NCBI GenBank assembly: GCA_002712285.1
Contig: PATC01000023.1
Span: 809 to 64,808, forward strand
Direction: 5' to 3'
Source of the DNA: Methanobacteriota archaeon
GTDB taxonomy: Archaea > Thermoplasmatota > Poseidoniia > Poseidoniales > Thalassarchaeaceae
DNA length: 64,000 nt
Position 1 is the first letter of the stretch, and every line of letters starts with the position of its first letter. The notes beneath the pieces are model-generated. The model saw only the letters and a list, made by a program, of their open reading frames with translations, had not been told where the DNA came from and did no database searches. Of this stretch, positions 38,820 to 48,316 are shown piece by piece. A program made the translations under genes and the position numbers.

Positions 38820-40652
38820 ATGGATGAAGGATACACTACTCACCATTATGATGTGGTAGTGATTGGAGCTGGTGGGGCAGGCCTAAGAGCTGCAATCGAA
38901 GCAAGTTCTCATGATGTTTCAGTTGCTATTATTTCTAAATCAATGCTAGGAAAAGCTCACACAGTTATGGCTGAAGGAGGAGCTGCTGCAGCTCTTTCAA
39001 ACAAAGATCATCGTGATTCATGGCAAACACACTTTCGTGATACAATGAAAGGAGGAAAATATCTTGGAGATTGGAGGATGGCCCAAATTCATGCTCAACA
39101 AGCACCTGACCGTATCCGAGAATTGGAACAATGGGGGGCTGTTTTCGATCGAACGCCAAAAGGGCTAACCAATCAGAGAAACTTTGGAGGCCATACCTTC
39201 CCAAGGCTTGCCCATATCGGTGATGCAACAGGTCTCGAAATAATACGAACATTGCAGCAAAAAGGAATTCACACAGGTATGGAGGTATTCATGGAATATA
39301 CCGTTCGAACGCTATTCAAGACCGATGGCCATATTAGTGGATTTTTTTGTTACAACCGTCAAGATGGTAGTTTGCATCTTTTCAAAGCAAAAAAAATCGT
39401 TCTAGCAACTGGGGGCATAACTCGATGCTGGGAAGTTTGCTCTGGGTCTTGGGAATATACTGGAGAGGGACATGCGCTTGCATACTGGGCTGGAGCAGAT
39501 ATGGGTGACATGGAATTCGTGCAGTTCCATCCTACTGGAATGATTTGGCCACCGTCAGTAAAGGGAATCTTAGTCACTGAAGGAGTTCGAGGCGAAGGTG
39601 GAATGCTGCGTAATTCCGAAGGGAAGCGATTCATGTTTGATTATGTTCCAGAAATGTATAGAGAGGAATTTGCAGATACAGAGCAAGAGGCTCTGGAATG
39701 GGTAGAAGAAGTGATTGCCGGCAAACTCGCAACAAAAAGACGGCCACCTGAACTGCTAACACGAGATGTTGTTGCAAAAGCGATAAACAGTGAACGGGAA
39801 GCAGGTCGAGCATCTGAACATGGTGGAGCCTATCTTGATATTTCATGGAGAGACGAAGAGGAAGTTAGAAAGAAACTCCCGGGTATGTATCACCAATTCA
39901 TGGAACTTGCCGCAGTTGACATTACCAAGCAAGCTATGGAAGTTGGGCCAACCGCGCATTATGTTATGGGGGGAGTCAAAGTTGATCCGTTTACTCAAGA
40001 AACAACAGTCTCAGGGTTATATGCCGCTGGAGAAGCGGCGACAGGACTCCACGGAGCTAATCGGCTTGGAGGAAATTCTCTCTCAGACCTGATTGTGTTT
40101 GGGAAGATTGCAGGAGAAGCCGCAGCTATTGCTGCAAAATCCACTAAAGATTACCTTGATATCAATCAAAAAGAAATCGATCATGCAATCAAAACTACCC
40201 TAGCCCCACTCAAGCGCTCAGAAGGTGAGAACCCCGCAACTGTTGTAGAGGATTTGCGCCACATGATGCAAAACAAAGTAGGGATTATCCGCACGGGAAA
40301 ACTACTCAAAGAAGCCTTGAAAGATTTGGATGAGTTAGAAAGTAGAGCGAAGTATACATCATCTCCAGGCGGTAGGATATACAACCCAGGCTGGCATCAA
40401 TCGTTGGAAATACAGGCGATGATAGATGTTAGCCGTATGTGTGCTCTTGCTGCATTACATCGTGAAGAAAGTCGAGGTGGCCACACGAGAGAGGATTTTC
40501 CGACCCCAGACCATCAGAAATGGGGAAAAATCAACAGTCGTATCAAACAAGACGAAAGTGGAAATATGGTAATTGATTATACCAGGTATCCTCCAATACC
40601 CGAGGAATTGAAAGTACACCTTGACAAGGATGACCTGCACGAGGAGGAATAG
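38820..40652 (+). CDS. sdhA: succinate dehydrogenase / fumarate reductase flavoprotein subunit
   Basis: YDVVVIGAGGAGLRAA FAD motif, RSHTVMAEGG with the FAD-linking His, HPTGM, HYVMGG and the C-terminal RGGHTRED. Confidence 0.9.
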   Translation: MDEGYTTHHYDVVVIGAGGAGLRAAIEASSHDVSVAIISKSMLGKAHTVMAEGGAAAALSNKDHRDSWQTHFRDTMKGGKYLGDWRMAQIHAQQAPDRIRELEQWGAVFDRTPKGLTNQRNFGGHTFPRLAHIGDATGLEIIRTLQQKGIHTGMEVFMEYTVRTLFKTDGHISGFFCYNRQDGSLHLFKAKKIVLATGGITRCWEVCSGSWEYTGEGHALAYWAGADMGDMEFVQFHPTGMIWPPSVKGILVTEGVRGEGGMLRNSEGKRFMFDYVPEMYREEFADTEQEALEWVEEVIAGKLATKRRPPELLTRDVVAKAINSEREAGRASEHGGAYLDISWRDEEEVRKKLPGMYHQFMELAAVDITKQAMEVGPTAHYVMGGVKVDPFTQETTVSGLYAAGEAATGLHGANRLGGNSLSDLIVFGKIAGEAAAIAAKSTKDYLDINQKEIDHAIKTTLAPLKRSEGENPATVVEDLRHMMQNKVGIIRTGKLLKEALKDLDELESRAKYTSSPGGRIYNPGWHQSLEIQAMIDVSRMCALAALHREESRGGHTREDFPTPDHQKWGKINSRIKQDESGNMVIDYTRYPPIPEELKVHLDKDDLHEEE

Positions 40653-40654
40653 AA

Positions 40655-41422
40655 TTGGCAGACGAAGTTACCTTCAGTGTCTTCAGAGGCGCTCCTGATG
40701 ATTCAGGGGTCGCTCAAGGGGAAATGACAGATTACACTGTCAAATTAGACGAAGGTATGGTTGTTCTCGATGTGATTCATAGAATACAATCAACTGACGC
40801 ACCTGATTTAGCATGCAGGTGGAATTGTAAGGCTGGTAAATGTGGATCTTGCAGCGCGGAAATTAATGGAAAGTCACAACTAATGTGCATGACTAGAATG
40901 GACGAAGTGTTTCATGATATGCCCGACCCATCTGCTCCAATTACAATAAAGCCCATGCAATCATTTCCACTACTTCGCGATCTAGTCACAGACACATCAT
41001 GGGCCTACAAAACAGATAAGCGAATATCGCCAATCTCAGGCCCAGATGAGAAAGATTGGGTTTTCCATCAAAACGAGGCAAATCGGATTCAAGAATTCAG
41101 AAGTTGCATTGAGTGCATGTTATGTGTAAATACATGCCATGTAATGCGTGAACACCAAATGTTCGAAGAATTTGTTGGTCCAAGGTTCTTTGTCCGACTT
41201 GCAGATTTAGAGATGCATCCGCTTGACAAGATAGAACGATTGAAAGAGATAAAGGATGATTTTGGCATCAATTACTGTAATATTACTCGTTGCTGCACAG
41301 AAGTATGCCCTGCTGGAATTAACATTACTGACAACGCAATTATTCCGCTAAAAGAACGTGTAGTCACCGAATTCTACGATCCACTCGCGATACTTGCAAA
41401 GAAACTTGGTCTTCGAAAATAA
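40655..41422 (+). CDS. sdhB: succinate dehydrogenase / fumarate reductase iron-sulfur subunit
   Basis: 2Fe-2S Cys cluster (CRWNCKAGKCGSC), then CIECMLCVNTC and CTEVCP 4Fe/3Fe ligands. Confidence 0.85.
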   Translation: MADEVTFSVFRGAPDDSGVAQGEMTDYTVKLDEGMVVLDVIHRIQSTDAPDLACRWNCKAGKCGSCSAEINGKSQLMCMTRMDEVFHDMPDPSAPITIKPMQSFPLLRDLVTDTSWAYKTDKRISPISGPDEKDWVFHQNEANRIQEFRSCIECMLCVNTCHVMREHQMFEEFVGPRFFVRLADLEMHPLDKIERLKEIKDDFGINYCNITRCCTEVCPAGINITDNAIIPLKERVVTEFYDPLAILAKKLGLRK

Positions 41423-41524
41423 GCAAGCTGTATCCGATTAGGGTGTGGAAGTGATTACTAATTCATCTGTCATCTGAAAACAATGAACATCAATGACCCT
41501 AATTCAGTGGGCTGTATCATAAAT

Positions 41525-41540
41525 TCAGGAAAAAAGGGGT
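41525..41540 (-). terminator. oligo-T tract (T6 on minus strand) preceded by a GC-rich structured ~110-nt segment downstream of the MC1 gene
   Basis: On the minus strand ...GCGAACCCCTTTTTT. The preceding segment (41536-41644) is locally GC-rich with short hairpins (GACC..GGTC, GCCC-taa-GGGC). Confidence 0.25.
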
Positions 41541-41644
41541 TCGCCTAAGACCGAAGGGGTCGCCAACGGTCTCAGGCGGGGGATCTTCAGGGCCCTAAGG
41601 GCGGTTCATGGGAATTGTATCCTAAAGGGGGTTAGCAGAGCTGC

Positions 41645-41911
41645 TCAAAGGCGCTCGATGCCGACCTTGCTGACGTTGGCCTTCCAGACCGTGTCACCCT
41701 TTAGCCACGCAGGTGCACTAGCAGGCTTTGGCACCTGCTTGCGCTCGCCAGTGAACACATGCACTTTGTCAGTTCCGCGTTCGCGCAACTTAATGCTCGT
41801 GTGTCCCTTGTTGGCGGCCTTTAGGGCCGCCTGGCGGGGCTGCTTGTTGTGGTACACCGTGGAGGTGTCCTTCCCGTTTTCCATTAGTACGAAGTACTTC
41901 TTTTCACTCAT
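41645..41911 (-). CDS. chromatin protein MC1
   Basis: NKQPRQAALKAANKGHTSIKLRERGTDKVHVFTGERK aligns with the conserved MC1 core (GKQPRQAALKAANRG...IRLRERGTKKVHVF) from Methanosarcina, as I recall it. Confidence 0.75.
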   Translation of the reverse strand: MSEKKYFVLMENGKDTSTVYHNKQPRQAALKAANKGHTSIKLRERGTDKVHVFTGERKQVPKPASAPAWLKGDTVWKANVSKVGIERL

Positions 41912-41939
41912 CTGGCTTCACCAGTGAACAAACCTGCTT

Positions 41940-41968
41940 CATTTCTCGCGTATAAACTTTAACCCGAA
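41940..41968 (-). promoter_or_regulatory. archaeal BRE/TATA promoter for the MC1 gene
   Basis: On the minus strand CGGGTTAAAG-TTTATA-CGCGAG, with the TATA centred ~42 nt upstream of the MC1 ATG. Confidence 0.35.
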
Positions 41969-42041
41969 AATCGCGATACGTCTCCTAAATCGGCCTATTT
42001 TCCCTGATTCCAAGGGGGTTCCTTGCAGTGTATCGAAGTAC

Positions 42042-42293
42042 TCAAATCTCGGCGCCTGCGAGAGTTTTAGTGTTCAAAACACCCTCAACCTGACGTACTT
42101 TCTCTACAACAAATGCTGCAATAGAAGACATATCTTCAGAGATCACCTTGATGATAATGTCATAGTCACCGAAAAGAAGTGTTGCATCTGCAACTTTATC
42201 CAATTCTTTGACCGTTTCAAAGACGGAAAACTCCAACCCAGGTTCGACATTTACAAGCACGTATCCAGTAGCCATAGAAGTTAATGAAGGCAT
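42042..42293 (-). CDS. stand-alone RAM / AsnC-C-terminal ligand-binding domain protein
   Basis: 83 aa with the beta-alpha-beta-beta-alpha-beta pattern of the Lrp/AsnC C-domain (YVLVNVEPGLE...DYDIIIKVISEDM...). No HTH. Confidence 0.6.
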   Translation of the reverse strand: MPSLTSMATGYVLVNVEPGLEFSVFETVKELDKVADATLLFGDYDIIIKVISEDMSSIAAFVVEKVRQVEGVLNTKTLAGAEI

Positions 42294-42325
42294 TAGCCAA
42301 TCAATCCTTTGCTATGATGCTCAAC

Positions 42326-45300
42326 TCAACATATATTGTCGTCATCATTCTCATCTGCCAGTACATCCGATTCATCTTCGTCAATCGGAAGACCATCAAG
42401 CTCCACCAATAAGGCATCTGATTCTGCAACAATCCAAGGAGTTCCAGATTCATCTTTCGTAGAATTAGAACGGAGGTTACGCAAAACTAGAGTAAGCAAC
42501 GACAGCAATATGAGGACTGAAAGTACAACACCGGGTAAAATAAATCCAATTCCATCAGCCTGTTCCTCAGTTTCTTCAAATGACTCTTCTTTCGGTAATT
42601 CTACCTCTCCTGTTACATTCAATCCTGTGATGTTGGAATCGTCCATACGGCCTAGCCCATCACGACACAGGATACTCGCGCTTACATTCTCCATAGGACG
42701 ACCAGGTTTCCATTCAACAAGCACCTCTCCATCCTGATTGGGAGACGCTTCCACCGATAGAATACTGATATTCTCTTGGACGATAGCGATGTTACAGAGA
42801 ACACTAGATAGATCATCGAGATCGGTCACGTTAAATTCGATTGTACTGAGTGCACCTACTTCAGCCCCGACTGGCCAATGTATGTCGTGAATTACAGGTG
42901 AAGGGAATATTATCTCAATTGATTCAGTCCATCCAGAGGCTAAACCATCCTGATCTACTGCGATCAATACTAGCGATGCTTCTCCCTCAGTAAAGTCGTC
43001 AGGAACATTCACTGTGTAGACGATAGTATCCATCTCACCGCATGTTGAAGAAGAATCTAGGGAGACATCAAGCGTCTCACTCCAACCAGCCTGTCGAATC
43101 GATGCTGTCGTCTGCAAAACCTTGCGATGAACATCAAGATGCACTACCATGTGATTATTTTCACCTCTGTTCAAGATTGAGCCATTCACAAGTGGAGATA
43201 TCTCTCCACCTCTACAGATGTTAATCTCTGAGAACGATGGAGGACGAGTCTCCACAGATAGAGAGGTGGATTTGACTACCTGACCAGCATCGCGATCGAC
43301 GACCGATACCTCGAGTAAGAGTGTACCTGATGTCAATCCAGGTCCAGGTGATGGAATTGGAACTATAGTTTCGGTCCCATTAGTCATTACTGTGAAAGGT
43401 ACCTTCATCTCTCCTTGCTCTGGCCATTGTAAGGATAGTTGACCATTCGCTACCCCTGGAACAGCATCTAAATCCAAGACGGAAATTCTTACTGATTCAT
43501 TGCCTACCCCAAAAGCGAAATCTTCAGATTGACCATCTCTCTCAAATGTGAATGATACTGTTGGATTTTCATTCTCAACAAGTATCGATCGAGTAGAACG
43601 AAGATTACCATCTGAATCAATAAGACGTCCAAGGAAAGGGGTTAACGGTTGATCCAAAGGAAGTAGCAAATTACTTGCATAGCAATGAAAACTGGATGTA
43701 GGATCTTTCGGCAGAGCGATAATCGGCCCAGTGATACCGGATTCAAAAGAAAACGTTGGCGCCTCTTCAATGGAATCATGATCTACGTCCTCAACACAAG
43801 CACGAATAATCGATTCGCGTCCGCGGATCATCCCTTCTGGTGTACTCGAAGGGAGATTCGTGTCACCATTCCAACCATTCTCGTCCGCTCCTTGAATGTG
43901 AATACCATACCAAATTGAAGGAGAATCAATGAATTCTAGAGCATCAGCAAGAGTCGATGTCGTATTGATACCATCGATATCAGAAATAACGAATTGAACA
44001 TCATAAAAATCGAGAGCCGCATCACCAGGAACATCGAAGAAGGCTGTCCATCGCTCGGAACCACTCGATAGAGCATTCATCGAAATCAGGACTGATCCCT
44101 CCTGATCGGAAATTATCATCTGTGCGGCGTCCATGCCGAAATCATCTGTCGCATCCACCCAGCAAGCAACAGTTGCGCCACGTGGGACAACATTAGAGGA
44201 GCAAGCGATACTTGTGATAACTGGTGGCCCGTTAATCTGCGTATTCACCGTCTGGACGTTGTTGTGTACTATTCTCTCAGAAAGAATCCTCGACTGCACG
44301 AACTGAGAACTGTTCAGGATTGGTCCATCGTCGGCAATATATCGAATCTGGAAATCAACGTAACCAGTAGTTGAAGTCATTACCGGAATAAGGAGCGTTG
44401 CTACAGAACCTGGTTCATTGCCAGCTGGCAAAGTAATCGATTGATTCGTCAACAAATAATTGCCAATTCTTTCCCTTACCTCAATCCACCCAGATGCTGG
44501 AGCCGCTCCAAGATTAGCGACATCTACATGCATATCAAAAATCTCGTCAGCAGATGCCCTAACCGGTACAGAAGCATTTCTGATCTCAACATCGTGCAAT
44601 TGATTAGCGAATGGGGCCATCTTAGGATCACCTACAATCACACCCATCCAAGAAAGATGGCCATTTGAGACAGTGTAAGCCTCACCAAGATTGTAACCAG
44701 ATGCATAATACGTGGTCAACAAATCTGGCTTAGAGACCGCTGTTAGGTAAGGTTCGTACACATATCCCTTGACCCCAGATACACCATCTTCGAGAAGATC
44801 TGCAATGAGACTTTGTCCATATTCAGTGCCCCAGTTGAAAGAACGCCCTCCAGTCGAAACTGCTGTCTCAGCGATAGAACCTGGGACCCAATCCATGTGT
44901 GGACGGATAATTTGGAGATTCGTCGTATCGAAGTGTAAAGCACCTTGACGACTAATATTCAGAATCTCTGCCTTGTAGGATATCTGCAATGTAGTTGCAT
45001 TTTCATGAGGGCGGAATCGAATATTCTGTTGGACCCAAGAGGGCGTCATACTAGTCGGATTTGTAGAATTGACTGAAAGAAGAGTACCGTTACTATCGTA
45101 AGACTCTACATTCAATATCCAATCTGCATTAATCTCCCCTGAAGATTGTCCATTTCCAGAAAGTATCCATGCATGCCCCATTTGTTCAACATCCAATGTG
45201 AGGTTTGTTGATATCCAACTTGACCCTTGACCAACCGTTGTAAACGCAGGACAATCAAGAGCTACTTCCCCATTTACTAGAGTAATATCAGATGCATTCA

Positions 45301-47470
45301 GAGCCTCGGTCCAAACCTGAACCTCATCAATCAATCCAGCCCAATGGGTATTCCCCGCACGATTAACACCAAACTTGTAGAGATCGATTTCATCGATTGC
45401 GCCATTTGGTAATGTGATATTATTGACAAGTACTCCATCCATGTACTGCATTAGTTGATTGCCGTCCTTTGCAACCACAAAATGAACCCACTCACTAGCA
45501 GATACTGGGCCAAAATCATACCGTGAGTTATGATATAGTTGCCATACCCCCGGTGTCGAACCGCTAGTCATTATTTGGAAAGAATCAAAATCTCCACCCA
45601 CATCATTTACTGCCACAACAGAAGCATAACCAGGTTGCCCAGTATGATTCGCCTTTGCCCATAAGGATACTGTGAAATTACCCAAACGGTCGTCAACATC
45701 CACTCGGAGTTCATCATCGACGCCATCTAAGTGGATACAGTTCCCAAGTAGACATGATTGCCACGTCGGAGATCCAGTCATAGAGAGATTCGCGTCGCCA
45801 ACCAGATCTTCTACAACTGTACCATTTCCTGCTTCAAAGTCCCAATGATGTATGAGAATGTCCGAACGTACTGGATTACTCATCGCACGAGTAAACGCAG
45901 AAGGAGGAATCACCTGTTTAGTTCGATTAGGACCTTCCCATGAAACAATATGCCCTGCCCAACCACCATGCTCAAAGAATTCAGCTCGAAATCGGTGCTC
46001 TCCTTCAGTAAGGTTGACCGTAGCACTTACCTCTCGCATACTATGTACACCTGAATTATTGATTACTAAGGCATCATCAATCCAAATCATAACACCATCA
46101 TCAGCATTAGAATAGATTGTCCAGTCCCCGGTTTCCGGAATCGTAAGAACACCTGTATGACGTGCAGAGAAATAGTCAACGAATCTTGAATCAAGACCTA
46201 CCCAATGTGTGTTAACTTGAGTTTGATCAATGTTAGCCTCAGAACGAAAGTGATTCGGAATACGATCCGTAAGATCTGGCATAAAGGAGGAATTGTAAGA
46301 CAAGCCTTGATTATCAAAATACTCAGCCAGAAGCCCGGAAGTAATCTCGCCATTTGTTGCTGTGCATGGCGCAGAAGAAATACTGAGAGATGCGGCTCCA
46401 TTTCCATTTTTCTTAACGGAATCGTCCCAGTACCAATCACTCGTCTCCCCTACCGATACTGTAGGAGTAGATGCATGCCATGAACGGATGCCTGAACTGG
46501 TAGAACCATCAGGTGCATCCAACCCACTATCTGGTAGTTGGTTATCTCCCCAAGAACCGTCGTTACTCCCCCAAGCAGCATATTGGATAACCTCATCGAT
46601 ATTTGTCAAATAAGTTGAGTTCTGATTAAACTCGGTAGGAAGCCCGAGTGTGCCATTTACAATTTCATCCGTACGATATAGTGCATCATTCCAAAACTGA
46701 TATCCAGAAGAATTACGATTCGTTGCCAGATCAAGGACTGTCGTTCCCCTAGAACCAAAGGATTGGTTGGCAAGCTCGATGAGATTCAAAGCAGTATTGA
46801 CATCATATCCTGTCAATCGGGTAACGATGTAGAATCCCTGATCTATTCGGTTGAAAATTGGGACCGGTGTTTCACTGTAACTGGAATAATCTTCACCCCC
46901 TGAGTTAGACCATGGTCCATACGCATGCTCAGTCCAGTAATTCGCATGGATTGCTGGGGAATATTGTGCTGAATCAATTAGGGCTAATTCTGAATCAAAA
47001 GATGCGCGTGCATTTGTACCTCCATTTACACGAAGTGGAATCCCCTTAGTGGTAACGATGTAACTTATTTCTCCACCAAGCGATCGATTTAGCATCATCT
47101 CTCGAATAGGGTCTGCAAAGAACTCGTCAAACTGGCCTGCATTGATTGTCTCGCCTGTCGGTGTGCTCTCATTTGTCAATCGAAAAATTCGTTCTTCTGG
47201 AATTCCACGGGCTGCGGCAAAGGCTTCACCAATTGTAACACTATCCTGACTTCTGTTATTGATGAGTACAGCAACATCGGAGTAATTAGCCCAAGTCGTA
47301 TGATGAAAACCCTCAGGAATCGCAATTGTAGATGGATTCGATGTGCCTTGAATATATTCAACTTCAGTAGAAGGATTCACAGAATCTATTGGTTGGGTAC
47401 AAAGTGTCCAAGGATGAATAATGACGAGGGCCAGAATCAGTAGACTCGTTACCCTCATCATGGCTTGCAA
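42326..47470 (-). CDS. giant secreted surface protein (1714 aa) with PA14 and LamG-like domains, C-terminal TM anchor and acidic tail
   Basis: Signal peptide MQAMMRVTSLLILALVIIHPWTLC. PA14 core GLLAEYFDNQG...FSARHTGVLTIPETGDWTIYSNADDGVMIWIDDALV and a ConA/LamG-like block (LWAKANHTGQPGYASVVAV). The C-terminus is LPGVVLSVLILLSLLTLVL plus a D/E-rich tail. Confidence 0.7.
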   Translation of the reverse strand: MQAMMRVTSLLILALVIIHPWTLCTQPIDSVNPSTEVEYIQGTSNPSTIAIPEGFHHTTWANYSDVAVLINNRSQDSVTIGEAFAAARGIPEERIFRLTNESTPTGETINAGQFDEFFADPIREMMLNRSLGGEISYIVTTKGIPLRVNGGTNARASFDSELALIDSAQYSPAIHANYWTEHAYGPWSNSGGEDYSSYSETPVPIFNRIDQGFYIVTRLTGYDVNTALNLIELANQSFGSRGTTVLDLATNRNSSGYQFWNDALYRTDEIVNGTLGLPTEFNQNSTYLTNIDEVIQYAAWGSNDGSWGDNQLPDSGLDAPDGSTSSGIRSWHASTPTVSVGETSDWYWDDSVKKNGNGAASLSISSAPCTATNGEITSGLLAEYFDNQGLSYNSSFMPDLTDRIPNHFRSEANIDQTQVNTHWVGLDSRFVDYFSARHTGVLTIPETGDWTIYSNADDGVMIWIDDALVINNSGVHSMREVSATVNLTEGEHRFRAEFFEHGGWAGHIVSWEGPNRTKQVIPPSAFTRAMSNPVRSDILIHHWDFEAGNGTVVEDLVGDANLSMTGSPTWQSCLLGNCIHLDGVDDELRVDVDDRLGNFTVSLWAKANHTGQPGYASVVAVNDVGGDFDSFQIMTSGSTPGVWQLYHNSRYDFGPVSASEWVHFVVAKDGNQLMQYMDGVLVNNITLPNGAIDEIDLYKFGVNRAGNTHWAGLIDEVQVWTEALNASDITLVNGEVALDCPAFTTVGQGSSWISTNLTLDVEQMGHAWILSGNGQSSGEINADWILNVESYDSNGTLLSVNSTNPTSMTPSWVQQNIRFRPHENATTLQISYKAEILNISRQGALHFDTTNLQIIRPHMDWVPGSIAETAVSTGGRSFNWGTEYGQSLIADLLEDGVSGVKGYVYEPYLTAVSKPDLLTTYYASGYNLGEAYTVSNGHLSWMGVIVGDPKMAPFANQLHDVEIRNASVPVRASADEIFDMHVDVANLGAAPASGWIEVRERIGNYLLTNQSITLPAGNEPGSVATLLIPVMTSTTGYVDFQIRYIADDGPILNSSQFVQSRILSERIVHNNVQTVNTQINGPPVITSIACSSNVVPRGATVACWVDATDDFGMDAAQMIISDQEGSVLISMNALSSGSERWTAFFDVPGDAALDFYDVQFVISDIDGINTTSTLADALEFIDSPSIWYGIHIQGADENGWNGDTNLPSSTPEGMIRGRESIIRACVEDVDHDSIEEAPTFSFESGITGPIIALPKDPTSSFHCYASNLLLPLDQPLTPFLGRLIDSDGNLRSTRSILVENENPTVSFTFERDGQSEDFAFGVGNESVRISVLDLDAVPGVANGQLSLQWPEQGEMKVPFTVMTNGTETIVPIPSPGPGLTSGTLLLEVSVVDRDAGQVVKSTSLSVETRPPSFSEINICRGGEISPLVNGSILNRGENNHMVVHLDVHRKVLQTTASIRQAGWSETLDVSLDSSSTCGEMDTIVYTVNVPDDFTEGEASLVLIAVDQDGLASGWTESIEIIFPSPVIHDIHWPVGAEVGALSTIEFNVTDLDDLSSVLCNIAIVQENISILSVEASPNQDGEVLVEWKPGRPMENVSASILCRDGLGRMDDSNITGLNVTGEVELPKEESFEETEEQADGIGFILPGVVLSVLILLSLLTLVLRNLRSNSTKDESGTPWIVAESDALLVELDGLPIDEDESDVLADENDDDNIC

Positions 47471-47565
47471 CTCGAATCATGAATTGAACCAATCGGGTGA
47501 TGGTTTCGCTTAAACGAAATTTTCGTGAAAGGATATATAACAAAATTCCTATTCGCTGGCACATC

Positions 47566-48204
47566 ATGGATACGCTCATCGTTCGAGATTGTCGCCACGG
47601 CCAACTCCGGATTCTGATTGGAGATGTCCTCCGAGTAGAATGTGACATTCTAGTCACTGGAGCAAATAATCGACTCTCAGGACGTGAAGGTATCGACGCT
47701 AAGATCCATCAAGCTGCAGGTGAAGACCTACGAGAAGCTTGCACACAAATCGCTCGAACTCAGCGCGCTCAGAATCTTCAGCCATGCTCAGTCGGTTCTG
47801 CAGTTACAACGGCACCATTCAACCTCCCTGTCCAACACTTGATTCACGTAGTTGGACCTGACTGTCGTCGTCCGAATCAGGATCAGAATCGCCGTGATCT
47901 CCTTGAAAGTGCCTACGAATCATTGTTTTCAGAGATTGCCGCCACTGGAATCAAGGGAACTGTAGCACTCGCCCCATTATCCATGGGTGTGTTCTCATAT
48001 CCTCACCGTGAAGGTGCTCGCAAAACAATGGAAATTATTCTATCTATGCTCGATGGTGAAGAAGACCCAGGAATCGAACGGATGCTTCTTGTTACTGACG
48101 ACAACAATTTCGTAAACAATATGAAGACAGTTTATCGCGAAACAGAAGATCAGTTCCCAGGTACAGATATGACTCGCCAATTCCGTCGCGGACTTATCCA
48201 GTGA
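47566..48204 (+). CDS. Macro domain protein (ADP-ribose binding / deacylase, MacroD-like)
   Basis: CDILVTGANNRLSGREGIDAKIHQAAGEDL...AVTTAPFNLPVQHLIHVVGPDCR matches the Macro-domain core. The start is MDTLIV, with an ATATATAA box ~30 nt upstream. Confidence 0.75.
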   Translation: MDTLIVRDCRHGQLRILIGDVLRVECDILVTGANNRLSGREGIDAKIHQAAGEDLREACTQIARTQRAQNLQPCSVGSAVTTAPFNLPVQHLIHVVGPDCRRPNQDQNRRDLLESAYESLFSEIAATGIKGTVALAPLSMGVFSYPHREGARKTMEIILSMLDGEEDPGIERMLLVTDDNNFVNNMKTVYRETEDQFPGTDMTRQFRRGLIQ

Positions 48205-48210
48205 CTGACC

Positions 48211-48282
48211 TGCACACGCCGAGAGTCGAACTCGGGTAACGAGGTTGGGAACCTCGTATCATAACCACTAGATCACGTGTGC
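48211..48282 (-). tRNA. tRNA-Gly (anticodon CCC)
   Basis: Hand-folded cloverleaf of 72 nt. Acceptor stem GCACACG/CGTGTGC, D-loop with GG, anticodon stem CGAGG/CCTCG with loop TTCCCAA, T-arm CCGAG-TTCGACT-CTCGG, discriminator A, no encoded CCA. Confidence 0.85.
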
Positions 48283-48316
48283 GGGATTTTTCGTCAGGTA
48301 TTGTTCACACTTGACC

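Noticed and set aside
41423-41644. GC-rich intergenic segment as a possible tRNA/SRP/RNase P RNA
   Set aside because: I could not fold it into a tRNA cloverleaf and saw no conserved SRP or RNase P motifs. It is more economically read as a 3' UTR/terminator structure of the MC1 gene, so it is kept only as a low-confidence terminator.
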